Origin: Candidatus Obscuribacteraceae bacterium
GTDB lineage: Bacteria > Cyanobacteriota > Vampirovibrionia > Obscuribacterales > Obscuribacteraceae
Assembly (NCBI GenBank): GCA_044378815.1
Contig: JBIPOV010000007.1
Location: 31,259-95,258 of the forward strand
Reading direction: 5' to 3'
DNA: 64,000 nucleotides
The notes beneath the pieces are model-generated. The model made no database searches and was not told the origin of the DNA. It worked only from the letters and a program-made list of their open reading frames with translations. Numbering within the stretch: the stretch's first letter is position 1; every line of letters begins with the position of its first letter. Shown here piece after piece: positions 19,215-28,103 of this stretch. A program made the translations under genes and the position numbers.

Positions 19215-19484
19215 GTTCTCGTCTCCTTCTGCGCCGCAGTCGCTTGTCATATCAAGATTTCTGGCTCAATATGGTACAGCATCTCTCGATCTGGTTGCCA
19301 CCACGGAGATGTCAATAAACTCAAGTGCCATGAAGGTCTCTAATTTTGTCGTTGGCATAGCTCAAATGTAGAGATTAGACCTCGTGATGCCCTGTACCAG
19401 TAATGCGTAGAGTTCAGTTATTACTATGGCGGTTAGTAGGTGGCGCTAAAAATAGAGATTGATAGAAAAAATACTCCTCCGAAA

Positions 19485-19517
19485 GAGCAGAGAGATTTTG
19501 TCAGAATCTCTCTGCTC
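19485..19517 (-). terminator. Hairpin with a 13-bp perfect stem and 7-nt loop; likely the terminator of the five-gene operon.
   Basis: gagcagagagatt / ttgtcag / aatctctctgctc. On the minus strand it is followed by tttcggaggagtattttttc. It lies about 60 nt downstream of the stop at 19577. Confidence 0.6.
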
Positions 19518-19576
19518 TTGTTGGGGTAAGTTTGAGTGTTACTGCGCTTTTCGCACAGTCTTGGCCTAGATGCGGC

Positions 19577-20281
19577 TTAGATGTCCTTGGCCTTGCTCTC
19601 CATCGAGAAGAGGTCCTTTCCGCTGGGTGAGGGCGGCAGTTGCTGACGGCTGACTAGCTTGAAGGTTTTGCCGTCGAAGTCATAGGTATTGATAGAGGCC
19701 GATGGCACCCCTTCTTTGCCCAGCTGCTCAAGATCTTCGCCAGCCCATTGCCATTGGCTTACGCTGACGACAGTTTCGTGAGTGCTGATCAAGACCACCG
19801 CTGATGGTGGCAGGCCGTTGATGCGTTCTTTCTGGAAGTCGAGAAAACGCGCAGCGACATCGTGCCAATTTTCGCCTCCTTCGGGGCGATAGTGCACCTT
19901 GCCGACTGTGCGCCGCTCTTGCCATTGGGTCGGGAACTTCGCCGCGCGACCCTTTTTGGTGAGGTCGACGAAAATGCCAAAGTCGATTTCGCGCAGGCGC
20001 TCATCCAGCACCAGCTCTACTTTCGTCGGCAGCTTGCTCAGGGCGAAGGCGCCGGTTTGAGTGGTGCGCTTGAAGGGCGAACTGAAGCCATGGGTCGGTC
20101 TTTCGCTCTCGGGCAGTGAGGCGAAGAAGAGTGCGAGTGCTTCTCCCTGCTCGTCGCCGAGTTGAGAGAGTGGCACCGCTGAGTCGGGCAGAAGCTCGGG
20201 CGGAACAACCTCGGCAGCCGGGTTGCTCATTCGCCAGCGCATGGCAGCGCTTTCACAGTGTCTTAGAACATATATTCGCAT
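19577..20281 (-). CDS. Histidine phosphatase superfamily (phosphoglycerate-mutase-like) protein.
   Basis: The start is set at MRIYVLRHCES (CAT 20279-20281), which places the RH(G/C)E catalytic motif at the N-terminus. A later STHE motif (VVLISTHETVV) is also present. It overlaps the upstream GT gene by 29 nt. Confidence 0.75.
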   Translation of the reverse strand: MRIYVLRHCESAAMRWRMSNPAAEVVPPELLPDSAVPLSQLGDEQGEALALFFASLPESERPTHGFSSPFKRTTQTGAFALSKLPTKVELVLDERLREIDFGIFVDLTKKGRAAKFPTQWQERRTVGKVHYRPEGGENWHDVAARFLDFQKERINGLPPSAVVLISTHETVVSVSQWQWAGEDLEQLGKEGVPSASINTYDFDGKTFKLVSRQQLPPSPSGKDLFSMESKAKDI

Positions 20282-21521
20282 GGGTGCTCCATTGTATCGT
20301 GTTGGTTTGAGCGCTGGCGTTGCTTTTCGACAAGGCTGCTCGAATGTAGGCGAGAATCTTCTTCTCACCAGACCCGGGCACCAGAATTCTTTTGCTGTTC
20401 TTGCCTTTCTTGTCGTTGATAATGTTGGCAGCGAAGCTCTCGAGTTGAGAAAGGAATGTCGCTAGTTGCGGCTGGTTGATGTTTTCAGCGCAGACGCCGA
20501 AGTTGTTGTCGCCGACGGCATGAGCGTTGATCTGTTGCTCGTAGACAGCCAGCGGAATCAGGTAGGCCGGAATGCCCAGGTACATTGCCTCCGAAACCAG
20601 GGTGTGGCCACCGGTGGTGACAATGCCCTGGCATTCGGCTAGCACATCGAGGAAGCGCGGATCGCCGTGGCGACGCAGGGTGACGTTGCTGGGCAGCACA
20701 GCCAACAGCTGCTGCGGCAGTTCTTTGACGAAGACGTGGAAGTGATACTCGGGGGCTGAGGACAGCACATTGAGCACCTCTTCGTAGCTTTGTACAAAGT
20801 CTCTTTGCGACGAGATGTAGACCAGAATTGATCTGGAACTGGTTCCGATTCCGTTTCCGGTTGCAGATTTCGCTTTGTCCTGCTGGGCCTGGCGGCGCCG
20901 CTGCTTCATCGCCACGATGGCTGGCTTGATGATGGGCGGGCAGATGATCACCTTTTCGCTGGCAGCACTTTTGCCAAAAGCGCGCCGTGGCACGGTGAAG
21001 AACGAGCAGGCCAGCCGCATTACTGCTGCTGGAAAGAAGAGCCGGAGCCGAGCTACTTCATCGAGGCAGGTCTGGCCAGCGATGGCTTGGCTGTAATCAC
21101 CGACCAGATATTTGCTCTGCTGGTCGATTGTCACCAGCGGCGTGCCGCTGGCATAGGCGTACTGAGCGCTGACAGGCTCGTAGTCTGAGATCACCAGGTC
21201 GGGTTTGCCGATCAGCTTTTGCGTCAATTCCATGGCCGCCAGGTTGATGGCCTCATGGTCAATGCCGCTTGCTGCGATGCGTCTGGCTGTTTCGGCGAAG
21301 TCGAGGCCTTGGGCGTTGCCGACATAGAACGGCACCGAGACAGTCAACACCGTGACATTTTCGCTGTGGCGGAAATGCTCTTCGTAGAAACTTTTGCTTT
21401 CGCCATAGACGAAGAGCACGATGCGATTGTCTTTCGCCAGTTCGTCGAGCAGTGGTAGCTGGCGGTAGGTGTGACCCATGCCGATGCCACACACTCCATA
21501 GAGTATCTTTTTGCTTTTCAT
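20253..21521 (-). CDS. GT-B-fold glycosyltransferase (MurG/UGT/MJ1255-like).
   Basis: The N-terminus is KILYGVCGIGMGHTYRQLPLLDEL. The C-terminal region is TTGGHTLVSEAMYLGIPAYLIPLAVYEQQINA, typical of the GT28-like donor-binding half. An ATGA overlap (4 nt) joins it to the upstream kinase gene. Confidence 0.75.
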   Translation of the reverse strand: MKSKKILYGVCGIGMGHTYRQLPLLDELAKDNRIVLFVYGESKSFYEEHFRHSENVTVLTVSVPFYVGNAQGLDFAETARRIAASGIDHEAINLAAMELTQKLIGKPDLVISDYEPVSAQYAYASGTPLVTIDQQSKYLVGDYSQAIAGQTCLDEVARLRLFFPAAVMRLACSFFTVPRRAFGKSAASEKVIICPPIIKPAIVAMKQRRRQAQQDKAKSATGNGIGTSSRSILVYISSQRDFVQSYEEVLNVLSSAPEYHFHVFVKELPQQLLAVLPSNVTLRRHGDPRFLDVLAECQGIVTTGGHTLVSEAMYLGIPAYLIPLAVYEQQINAHAVGDNNFGVCAENINQPQLATFLSQLESFAANIINDKKGKNSKRILVPGSGEKKILAYIRAALSKSNASAQTNTIQWSTHANICSKTL

Positions 21522-22477
21522 AAATCCTCCAGTGTGTGGTTGATGAAGGGTAGTGAGCCTTCCAGCTCCCAGACCGGTAACTTCGTCAGCGCTTGGGAGA
21601 GCTCGCTCGCCAGTCGCTTGTTGACGCCGCTGGGCGGGCTGCCAGCAAAGACAAGACGGCCGCCAGCCAAGACGATGTCAGCATTGACGGCATCGAGGAA
21701 GAAGGGATAGAGCTTATGCAGAGCCGAGAGAGCGCTGAGTTGCCGCGATTTTTCTGCGCCGTCGTTGAGACGCGGCAAGCTGATCAGGGTCACTGCCTGT
21801 GGTGCCGGGTCGGCATAGAAGCGCTTGCTCAGGCTAAAAGCTGAACGCCCTTCGTAGCCAACTTCCTCGTTTTCCAGCGCCTCCGGCAGGTGTCTGGCCA
21901 GGTCTTCTGCCCTGGTGGTGATGGTGCGGGTGCCGGCGATTGCCGTGATAATTGCAGGGTCTTCTTTGCTTGAACCAGGTGTGATTTTCACCAGGGTGCG
22001 GTTGCCAGAGAAGACTTTGTAGCCGCGTGCCAGAGCGCTCAGCGTCACTGCTGTTTTGCCCACACCGGAATGGCCGACGATCAAGCTCAATTGCTTTTGC
22101 TGATTCTCCAGGCAGGCAGCATGGACGCAGTAGAGACCAAGCTTCAGCCACTTCTGCCGGACAATGCCGTAGGTGAGGAAGATCAGGTCCATCAGCGCGG
22201 CTTCGGTACTCGGCGTGAAGAAGTTATAGCTCTTGCCGTTCTTGCTGAGCGACAATCTCGGCTTGCTTGATTGCCGCAGGGCGATTGTGATCAGGCCTTT
22301 GCCGCTTTTCGCACTGTTTGCTCTTTTCTCGCTGAGATCAGCTAGCTCGACGCCTGGCAGATAGGCCCCTAAGAGCAGACACGCTGACGGGTCATCGAAG
22401 AGCGGCTGGGGCAGGTCGAGCAAAACTTGCAGTGCACCAGGCAGCCGCAAGAGATACTGATGTTTGGCGCTAGACAT
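21518..22477 (-). CDS. HPr-kinase/phosphorylase C-terminal-domain-like P-loop kinase.
   Basis: The start is set at MSSAKHQYL (CAT 22475-22477), preceded by a perfect aaggagg RBS. The P-loop region GHSGVGKTAVTLSALARGYKVFSGNRTLV aligns to the HprK pattern GxSGxGKS..L.L..RG..L..DD. An 8-nt overlap joins it to the upstream gene. Confidence 0.7.
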   Translation of the reverse strand: MSSAKHQYLLRLPGALQVLLDLPQPLFDDPSACLLLGAYLPGVELADLSEKRANSAKSGKGLITIALRQSSKPRLSLSKNGKSYNFFTPSTEAALMDLIFLTYGIVRQKWLKLGLYCVHAACLENQQKQLSLIVGHSGVGKTAVTLSALARGYKVFSGNRTLVKITPGSSKEDPAIITAIAGTRTITTRAEDLARHLPEALENEEVGYEGRSAFSLSKRFYADPAPQAVTLISLPRLNDGAEKSRQLSALSALHKLYPFFLDAVNADIVLAGGRLVFAGSPPSGVNKRLASELSQALTKLPVWELEGSLPFINHTLEDL

Positions 22478-23660
22478 TTTGTACCTCCTTTCGGCTTGCT
22501 TGGTTCTTGGCTTGAGTATTGGCTGGAGCGCAGCTTTGTCGTTGGCTTTGCTGATAGACCAGTTCAGCGACATGCTGCGCCCCACCTGAGCCGAACCGCT
22601 CTACGAGAGCCGTTAGGCGGCTGTTTTGCGGCAAGGCTTTGATTTGCTGGTGCAGCAATTTGGCCAAGCGGGTCTTTGCTTTCTTCGAGCTTTGCCCCTG
22701 GTTTAGGGCGGCGGCAATGCTTTTGAGAACAGCACCTTGGTCGGCGCTGTAGTCGATGGCGCTGATTGGCAGAATCTGGTGCCAGTCGACAAGGCCGTCC
22801 ACCAGGCTGCTCTGGTTCAAAAGCGCTAGCTGCTGACCTTGGCTGTCGTTGGCCGGTGGCAACCAGATGGTTGGGGTGTCGAAGCGAGCAGCGTCGTAGA
22901 TATTGCCCAGACCCGGCGTCATCAGAGCATATTTTGCTTGTTGCAGAACAACTTGCATTTGCTCGCGGCTGAGATTCTTGGCGCCGAGGTGAGCCAGAGC
23001 CGCCGAGATAGCGGAGTTGGCCGCGACCACGACCTTTTGACCGGCCAGGGTGGGCAGCACTGCTTCGAGAATTTGGCGGGCATAAGACAGCGCCTCATTG
23101 CCGGTCCACAACGGGTTGCTCAGGCCGCCGAGGTTGACTAGAATCAGGTCTTTGGCGCTTTCAGCCTTGCCGCCGGGCTCATTGTCTGACTGCTGGCCGA
23201 CGATTGGCGCTATGGTTTGGCAGTTGGCAGCGGCGAATTCAGCCGATTTCAGCCGTTCTTCCACTCCGAAGAAGTTCTGGGCGATGTACAAGTCGACGTC
23301 CCGAACCACGCCTGGAATGGTCTTCCAGTACCAGGTGAGCGGGTCGTAGATGCAGACAGTCAGGCCCTGCCCAAGTGCCTTTTCGGCCATGGCAAAGTCG
23401 AGGGCGGTGAGGAAGATGTCGTACTGAGCGAAGATTTCGTTCAGTGCCGCTTCTTCGAGCTGACTGGCGTCATGAATGGCATCGTAGGCAAGCGGCCTCT
23501 GCAAATCGAGAGTGTGTCCGGTGCCAACGAACCCAATGGTGCTGAAGTGCTTCCTCAGAAAAGGGAAGCAGTCAGCAATAGCAGCGGTTGGTCCGAAGCC
23601 AAAAGCCTCGGCGTTGAGCAACAGCCGCGGCTTTGTCTGTTCAGTATTTTTCCTGGCCAT
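22470..23660 (-). CDS. Second GT-B-like (MurG/UGT-like) protein; putative glycosyltransferase.
   Basis: The 396-aa ORF has an N-terminal LLLNAEAFGFGPTAAIADCFPFL and a C-terminal MTPGLGNIYDAARFDTPTIWLPPANDSQGQQLALL resembling the GT28-type C-terminal half. A 20-nt overlap joins it to the upstream PhyH gene. Confidence 0.5.
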   Translation of the reverse strand: MARKNTEQTKPRLLLNAEAFGFGPTAAIADCFPFLRKHFSTIGFVGTGHTLDLQRPLAYDAIHDASQLEEAALNEIFAQYDIFLTALDFAMAEKALGQGLTVCIYDPLTWYWKTIPGVVRDVDLYIAQNFFGVEERLKSAEFAAANCQTIAPIVGQQSDNEPGGKAESAKDLILVNLGGLSNPLWTGNEALSYARQILEAVLPTLAGQKVVVAANSAISAALAHLGAKNLSREQMQVVLQQAKYALMTPGLGNIYDAARFDTPTIWLPPANDSQGQQLALLNQSSLVDGLVDWHQILPISAIDYSADQGAVLKSIAAALNQGQSSKKAKTRLAKLLHQQIKALPQNSRLTALVERFGSGGAQHVAELVYQQSQRQSCAPANTQAKNQASRKEVQNV

Positions 23661-24789
23661 AGATTAACCTTCCGAGTTTAGTTAGTTTTTCTGACCGGCG
23701 CAGGGCTGCTAACCGATTCTGGTTGGTGAAACGCGGACGCTTGCTGGCGTGCATCAAGGCGTCGCGAACATTGCTGCCCAAGCCGCTCTCAAAGGCGTCC
23801 TGCCGGGCCTGGCAAGCGCTCTCATCGCTCTGCCTTTGCGGGCCGAAGGCAATGTATGCGACTGTGCGCGTCTCTTCTGATACGTTGCTGCTGTTGGCGT
23901 GCGTGGTGCGGCTGTCCCAAGAAATCAAATGACCAGCGCGCAGCGGGCAGAGTTGAGCGCTAGCAGTGAACTTGGCAGCGATGTCGTGGCCGAGGTCAAG
24001 CTCCACGTACTCACCCTGGTTTTTTGCCATGGAGCCGTAGACCGAGAAGCTGTCGCGGGAGCCGGGTACTCCGACGAAAGTGCCGCGCTCTGCTGGGCAG
24101 TCGGCTAGCGCTAGGACACCCTGCACAGTGCGGAAGTCGGGGTGCACATTGGGATTTTGGTCCACGTGCAAGGGCAGGGCTTTGCCATCGGCAAGACCTG
24201 GAAGCTTGATGCCAAGACGGTCGAAGGTCGTCCACAGGTCAGCCCGGCCCCAGATCAGAACGTAGTGCAGGTAGACGCGCACGCTCTGGCGGATGGCGGC
24301 GAGGGTCTGGTCATGGTAGATTTCGAAAAATCCACGAGAGATGATTGGAACACCGGCTTGATCGACTGGAACGTTGTTCCAGGTTGAAGGCTTGCTCAGG
24401 TCGCAGGTGCCTTCGCTGAGAGCTAGCAGAAGCTCATGCATGCGCGCCACGACTTCTTGGCATTGGCTTTGGCTGACGACGTTGGCGCCAACGACAATGC
24501 CATACCGATTCCACGAATCAATGAACGCTTTCTCTTGGGTGAGAGGGTCGAAGCCGATGACATAACCGTCCTGGTCGAGGGGAAGACGTGGGGCTGCGGC
24601 GGGCTTTGCGGTCTTGGCTAACTGGCGGCCATACTGGGCGTAGCGAGCGACCACTTTGGGATGGGCGCAACGCTTCTGCAGTTTGGCAATGAGGCGGGTC
24701 AGAAGCAGATCGAGCGGTTCTTCGCCTTTGTCGATGCGCTGAACCAGGTTGCGTATTGATTGGTTAATGATCCACATGTTTTTTCTCAC
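23641..24789 (-). CDS. PhyH-family Fe(II)/2-oxoglutarate dioxygenase.
   Basis: It contains LPLHVDQNPNVHPDF (HxD), ...SWDSRTTHANSSN (distal His) and an N-terminal GYVIGFDPLTQE.... The track start is a GTG at 24789; an alternative ATG is at 24777. Confidence 0.75.
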   Translation of the reverse strand: MRKNMWIINQSIRNLVQRIDKGEEPLDLLLTRLIAKLQKRCAHPKVVARYAQYGRQLAKTAKPAAAPRLPLDQDGYVIGFDPLTQEKAFIDSWNRYGIVVGANVVSQSQCQEVVARMHELLLALSEGTCDLSKPSTWNNVPVDQAGVPIISRGFFEIYHDQTLAAIRQSVRVYLHYVLIWGRADLWTTFDRLGIKLPGLADGKALPLHVDQNPNVHPDFRTVQGVLALADCPAERGTFVGVPGSRDSFSVYGSMAKNQGEYVELDLGHDIAAKFTASAQLCPLRAGHLISWDSRTTHANSSNVSEETRTVAYIAFGPQRQSDESACQARQDAFESGLGSNVRDALMHASKRPRFTNQNRLAALRRSEKLTKLGRLIYGQEKY

Positions 24790-24801
24790 AGAGTTGTCGA
24801 C

Positions 24802-24817
24802 CGATGGAGCTCCATCG
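24802..24817. promoter_or_regulatory. Perfect 16-bp palindrome immediately upstream of the PhyH start codon.
   Basis: The sequence cgatggagctccatcg lies 13-28 nt upstream of the GTG at 24789. It could be an operator or a 5'-UTR hairpin. Confidence 0.3.
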
Positions 24818-25273
24818 ACCTTTGGTTAGGTGCAAGCTGTTGAGTGGCAGCTGGTAGACGTTGCCCTTTAGGCGTTCAGTGGCCGTGAAGATTGAGAGAG
24901 AGCATCTCTTCTCGTGGTTCTTGCAAGGGCCGTTGTGGTGCTGGGCGTAGCGGTAAGTAAATCTCAGAAAATTGAAAGGTGATGTACTTAAACTACTTGG
25001 CTCTTTGACATCAATACAAGATCTGAGTAGTAAAGAGTTGCAAAGAGTTGAGGCCGATATTATGGAGAGTTTAGACGCGGGGCCTTAGTAGAGAAGCTAG
25101 CGCAGTTTCACGTGGGCTGGTTTAGGTGGTATAACTGGCAAGTTGCAACTATAATATGTAATAAATAGGCGAAAAAAGAAAGCAAAGTGAGAGCCGTGGC
25201 TCCTACTCTGCTTTCCCAAAAGAGAAGTTCTCTTTTTAGTGCCTCGACAGCTGCTTAGAGCTTCGAGATTTTT

Positions 25274-26827
25274 TTACAGCTTCGAGTACTGGCGCAGCAA
25301 CTGGCCCAGGGTGCGAACAGCCACACCGGTAGCACCAGCCGCATCGACACCATGGTCGTAGCGACGGAAGCTCGTGCCAGCCACGTCCATGTGCACCCAG
25401 ACCGTGCCATCCTTGATGAACTCGCGAAGGAACCAACCAGCCGAGATAGCACCAGGGCCGGTACCGCTGTTGTTGAGGTCAGCCATGACGCCCTTGTTGC
25501 AGTCCCTGTACTCATCGAAGAGCGGCAGTTCGTGCATCGGTTCGCCGGCTTCCTTCGAGCACTTCAGCACTTCGCGAGTAAAGCGCTCGCTATTGCCCAT
25601 CACGCCCGAAATCTTGTCACCAAGCGCCGTTTCGACATCACCGGTAAGGGTGGCCACGTCGATTACCTGGTTGGCACCGCTGACGGTCTGGATGTAGTGC
25701 AGAGCATCAGCCAGCGTCAGGCGGCCTTCGGCATCGGTGTGTCCGATTTCGACAGTCAGACCGGCCATGGTCTTGAGGATGTCGCCCTGGCGCATGGCCT
25801 TGGCGTCGATCAGGTTTTCGCTGGCGGCAATCACTGCCCGCACCGAAATCTGCGGCTTCAGCACCGAGAGAATCGACATCACCTGCAACACAGCGGCGGC
25901 ACCGCCCATATCGTTCTTCATGTCGAGCATGCCGTCATAGTCTTTGGCATTGAGGCCACCGGTATCGAAGGTGATGCCTTTGCCAACCAGACCAATCACC
26001 TGCTGAGTCACACCGACTTCGGGGTCATAGCTCATGGTGATGAAGGCCGGAGGATTCTGCGAGCCCTGATTGACAGCCAGCAGGCCGCCCATCTTGAGCT
26101 TCTTGATGCCGGCCAGGTCGAGCACTTCGCACTTCACCAGACCGCCCGAGTTCTCGGCCACAGCGCGAGCCATGGTAGCGATCTTCTTGGGCGTCATGAT
26201 GTTCGAAGGCTCGTTCACCATGTTGCGGGCGCGATTGGTGGCGTCACCAAGCAGACGACCCATGAGGATGCCCTTCTTGGCCGCAGTGAGAGTGCCGGCG
26301 GTGCAGAGCATCGTCAGTGACTTCAGGTGCGTACGCGGGGCTTCGTTCTGCCACTCCCGCGTCTTGCGGTGGTTGGGCTCGTAGTCGGCCAGAACGGAAT
26401 ACTCCGTCACGACCTGGGCGAACTGCTCGACGGTGAACCCTTGCAGGTCAACGTCAATCAGCGGGAAGATCAGGCGCTCGGAACCGGCCACGTCGCGAGC
26501 GGTGGTGAACGCTTCAGCCAGAGCTGCGCGCAGACCGTTGAGGGTGAGCTTGGAGCGTGCGCCCAGGCTGACCAGGATGACTTTGTCCAGACCCTTGGTG
26601 GTGAGATCGGTATCGATCACCTTGGTCTGGATGAACTTGGCTTGAAAGCCGTCCTGCTTGATACGACGCTTGATCAGACCATTGGTCAGATCGTCAGCGG
26701 CGAGAGCCTGGCCGGAAAGCTTTTCACCAGAGAATACAACGAGAAGGAGGTTGGCGCGTTCTCCAGCTTTGACCCGCGTAATTGCCGAGTCAAGACGGCT
26801 GGATGTTGCCGAAATGATGAGAGACAT
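25274..26827 (-). CDS. pepA: Leucyl aminopeptidase, M17 family.
   Basis: The ATG at 26825-26827 is preceded by gaggaaaataaac. It has VGKGITFDTGG and the family signature GHTDAEGRLTLADAL. Confidence 0.9.
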   Translation of the reverse strand: MSLIISATSSRLDSAITRVKAGERANLLLVVFSGEKLSGQALAADDLTNGLIKRRIKQDGFQAKFIQTKVIDTDLTTKGLDKVILVSLGARSKLTLNGLRAALAEAFTTARDVAGSERLIFPLIDVDLQGFTVEQFAQVVTEYSVLADYEPNHRKTREWQNEAPRTHLKSLTMLCTAGTLTAAKKGILMGRLLGDATNRARNMVNEPSNIMTPKKIATMARAVAENSGGLVKCEVLDLAGIKKLKMGGLLAVNQGSQNPPAFITMSYDPEVGVTQQVIGLVGKGITFDTGGLNAKDYDGMLDMKNDMGGAAAVLQVMSILSVLKPQISVRAVIAASENLIDAKAMRQGDILKTMAGLTVEIGHTDAEGRLTLADALHYIQTVSGANQVIDVATLTGDVETALGDKISGVMGNSERFTREVLKCSKEAGEPMHELPLFDEYRDCNKGVMADLNNSGTGPGAISAGWFLREFIKDGTVWVHMDVAGTSFRRYDHGVDAAGATGVAVRTLGQLLRQYSKL

Positions 26828-26898
26828 GTTTATTTTCCTCAAGCGCTAGGCTTATGGGCTCTGCGCATGTTTGAGTTTGTTGGTGAGTGAAACCTGCA

Positions 26899-27342
26899 TC
26901 AGACGGTAAGCAGGCTGACCTGCTCCGTGATGTTGGCGTAACCGCTTTCCGAATCGCCGACGAAAGTGGCACAGGCTGTCCCGTCTTGCATATCAGACTG
27001 GAGCAGTGCTTCGACCTTGCCGTAATTCAAGAGTTCGGTATCGAGAAAGTTGAGAATGTGAACCTCGAGGTCTTGCGTCCGGGCTAGCGGTGCAGTGACA
27101 TAGAGGCTTGGTGGAACACCTCCGGTGAGGTCCATGTCGTTGGTGCGGGCGATGACGCTATCACCGGTGGTACCAGGTGCGATGCGTTCCACCATGATCC
27201 AGACGAAGCGAGAGTAGGAACTGTTTGATGTGGTGGACACCAAACGCATTCTTGTCGAGCTGAGGTTACCGGTAATTGCACTAAGCATATCGGCAACCGC
27301 AGCGCGCACAAAAGATTGGGCGTTGCTATAGGTTGTTGACAT
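26899..27342 (-). CDS. Hypothetical 147-aa protein with no family I recognise.
   Basis: The ATG (CAT 27340-27342) is preceded by ggagattttt. It has the same GC-rich codon style as pepA downstream. The translation starts MSTTYSNAQSFVRAAVADML.... Confidence 0.55.
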   Translation of the reverse strand: MSTTYSNAQSFVRAAVADMLSAITGNLSSTRMRLVSTTSNSSYSRFVWIMVERIAPGTTGDSVIARTNDMDLTGGVPPSLYVTAPLARTQDLEVHILNFLDTELLNYGKVEALLQSDMQDGTACATFVGDSESGYANITEQVSLLTV

Positions 27343-28103
27343 AAAAATCTCCATGCATGTCACCTGCCTAACTGCGAAACGCAAGCGTTAGGTATGTGCA
27401 CAAGCAATAGTGGTTGGGGCGGAATTCGAATATTGGGGGGGTAAGAGAGACCTATTCGATTTATGAAAGTAGAAGATGTCTTGAATGTAGTGATGAGAGC
27501 TAAACAGGATCAACTTCTACGCTCTCTAATAACTCTTGAAAGCACTAAACATTGTTAACAGACCGCTTTACATGCTCGCGTCAGCTCGCGCAGGTGAATT
27601 GTCAAGAGTCAGGCTCCGCTATAGTCTTGGGCTTTGAAGATGCATGTAGAGTAAGTGTTTTGCTGCCAGCTGACAACTGCTTTTGCGCTTCTCTGCTTGG
27701 TTCTCAAGCAATTCTCATAATCTGCTTTAGATACATGGCTTGACATCGCTTGATATCAAATGGCCATGCATCATAGGTTCCATAGGCACACCCAAACTCT
27801 TTCCCTTGCTCCAAAAAATATCCATCTAAAAGCGCACTAGTTCAGCTTCTATATCACTTCTCCTTCACTCACCCTGGTGTGCTGCTCAGACTTCGTCTTG
27901 GTGAAATCGAGAATATAAGCGCTTCTTGATGGAAACACTGTTCGGAAAAACAAGAATTGAAACACTCATTTTCTTCGCGTGCTTTTTTTTACGCGGGCAA
28001 TGAGTAACACCATTTGGAATTGCCTTGTTGGCTACAAGTGGTGATTTCGATCTGGGAAATTATCCGCAAGCTTTGCTTGCTTAAAAAAACAAAGGAGATC
28101 CAG

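Noticed and set aside
21518-22477. Whether the HprK-like kinase marks a lasso-peptide cluster.
   Set aside because: No asparagine-synthetase-like lasso cyclase, transglutaminase-like leader peptidase, PqqD-like RRE or precursor gene exists anywhere in the window, so the lasso-peptide reading is not supported.
24840-24915. Two 9-aa minus-strand ORFs (MLSLNLHGH and MELHRSTTL) upstream of the PhyH gene, considered as possible RiPP precursors for the kinase/GT/dioxygenase operon.
   Set aside because: They are too short, have no convincing RBS and no Ser/Thr/Asp-rich core. The longer open frame here has no start codon. I found no credible precursor.
27552-27743. A 63-aa ORF in the long intergenic region upstream of the 147-aa gene.
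   Set aside because: It has a non-ATG start, no RBS and a Cys/Leu-rich, random-looking translation.
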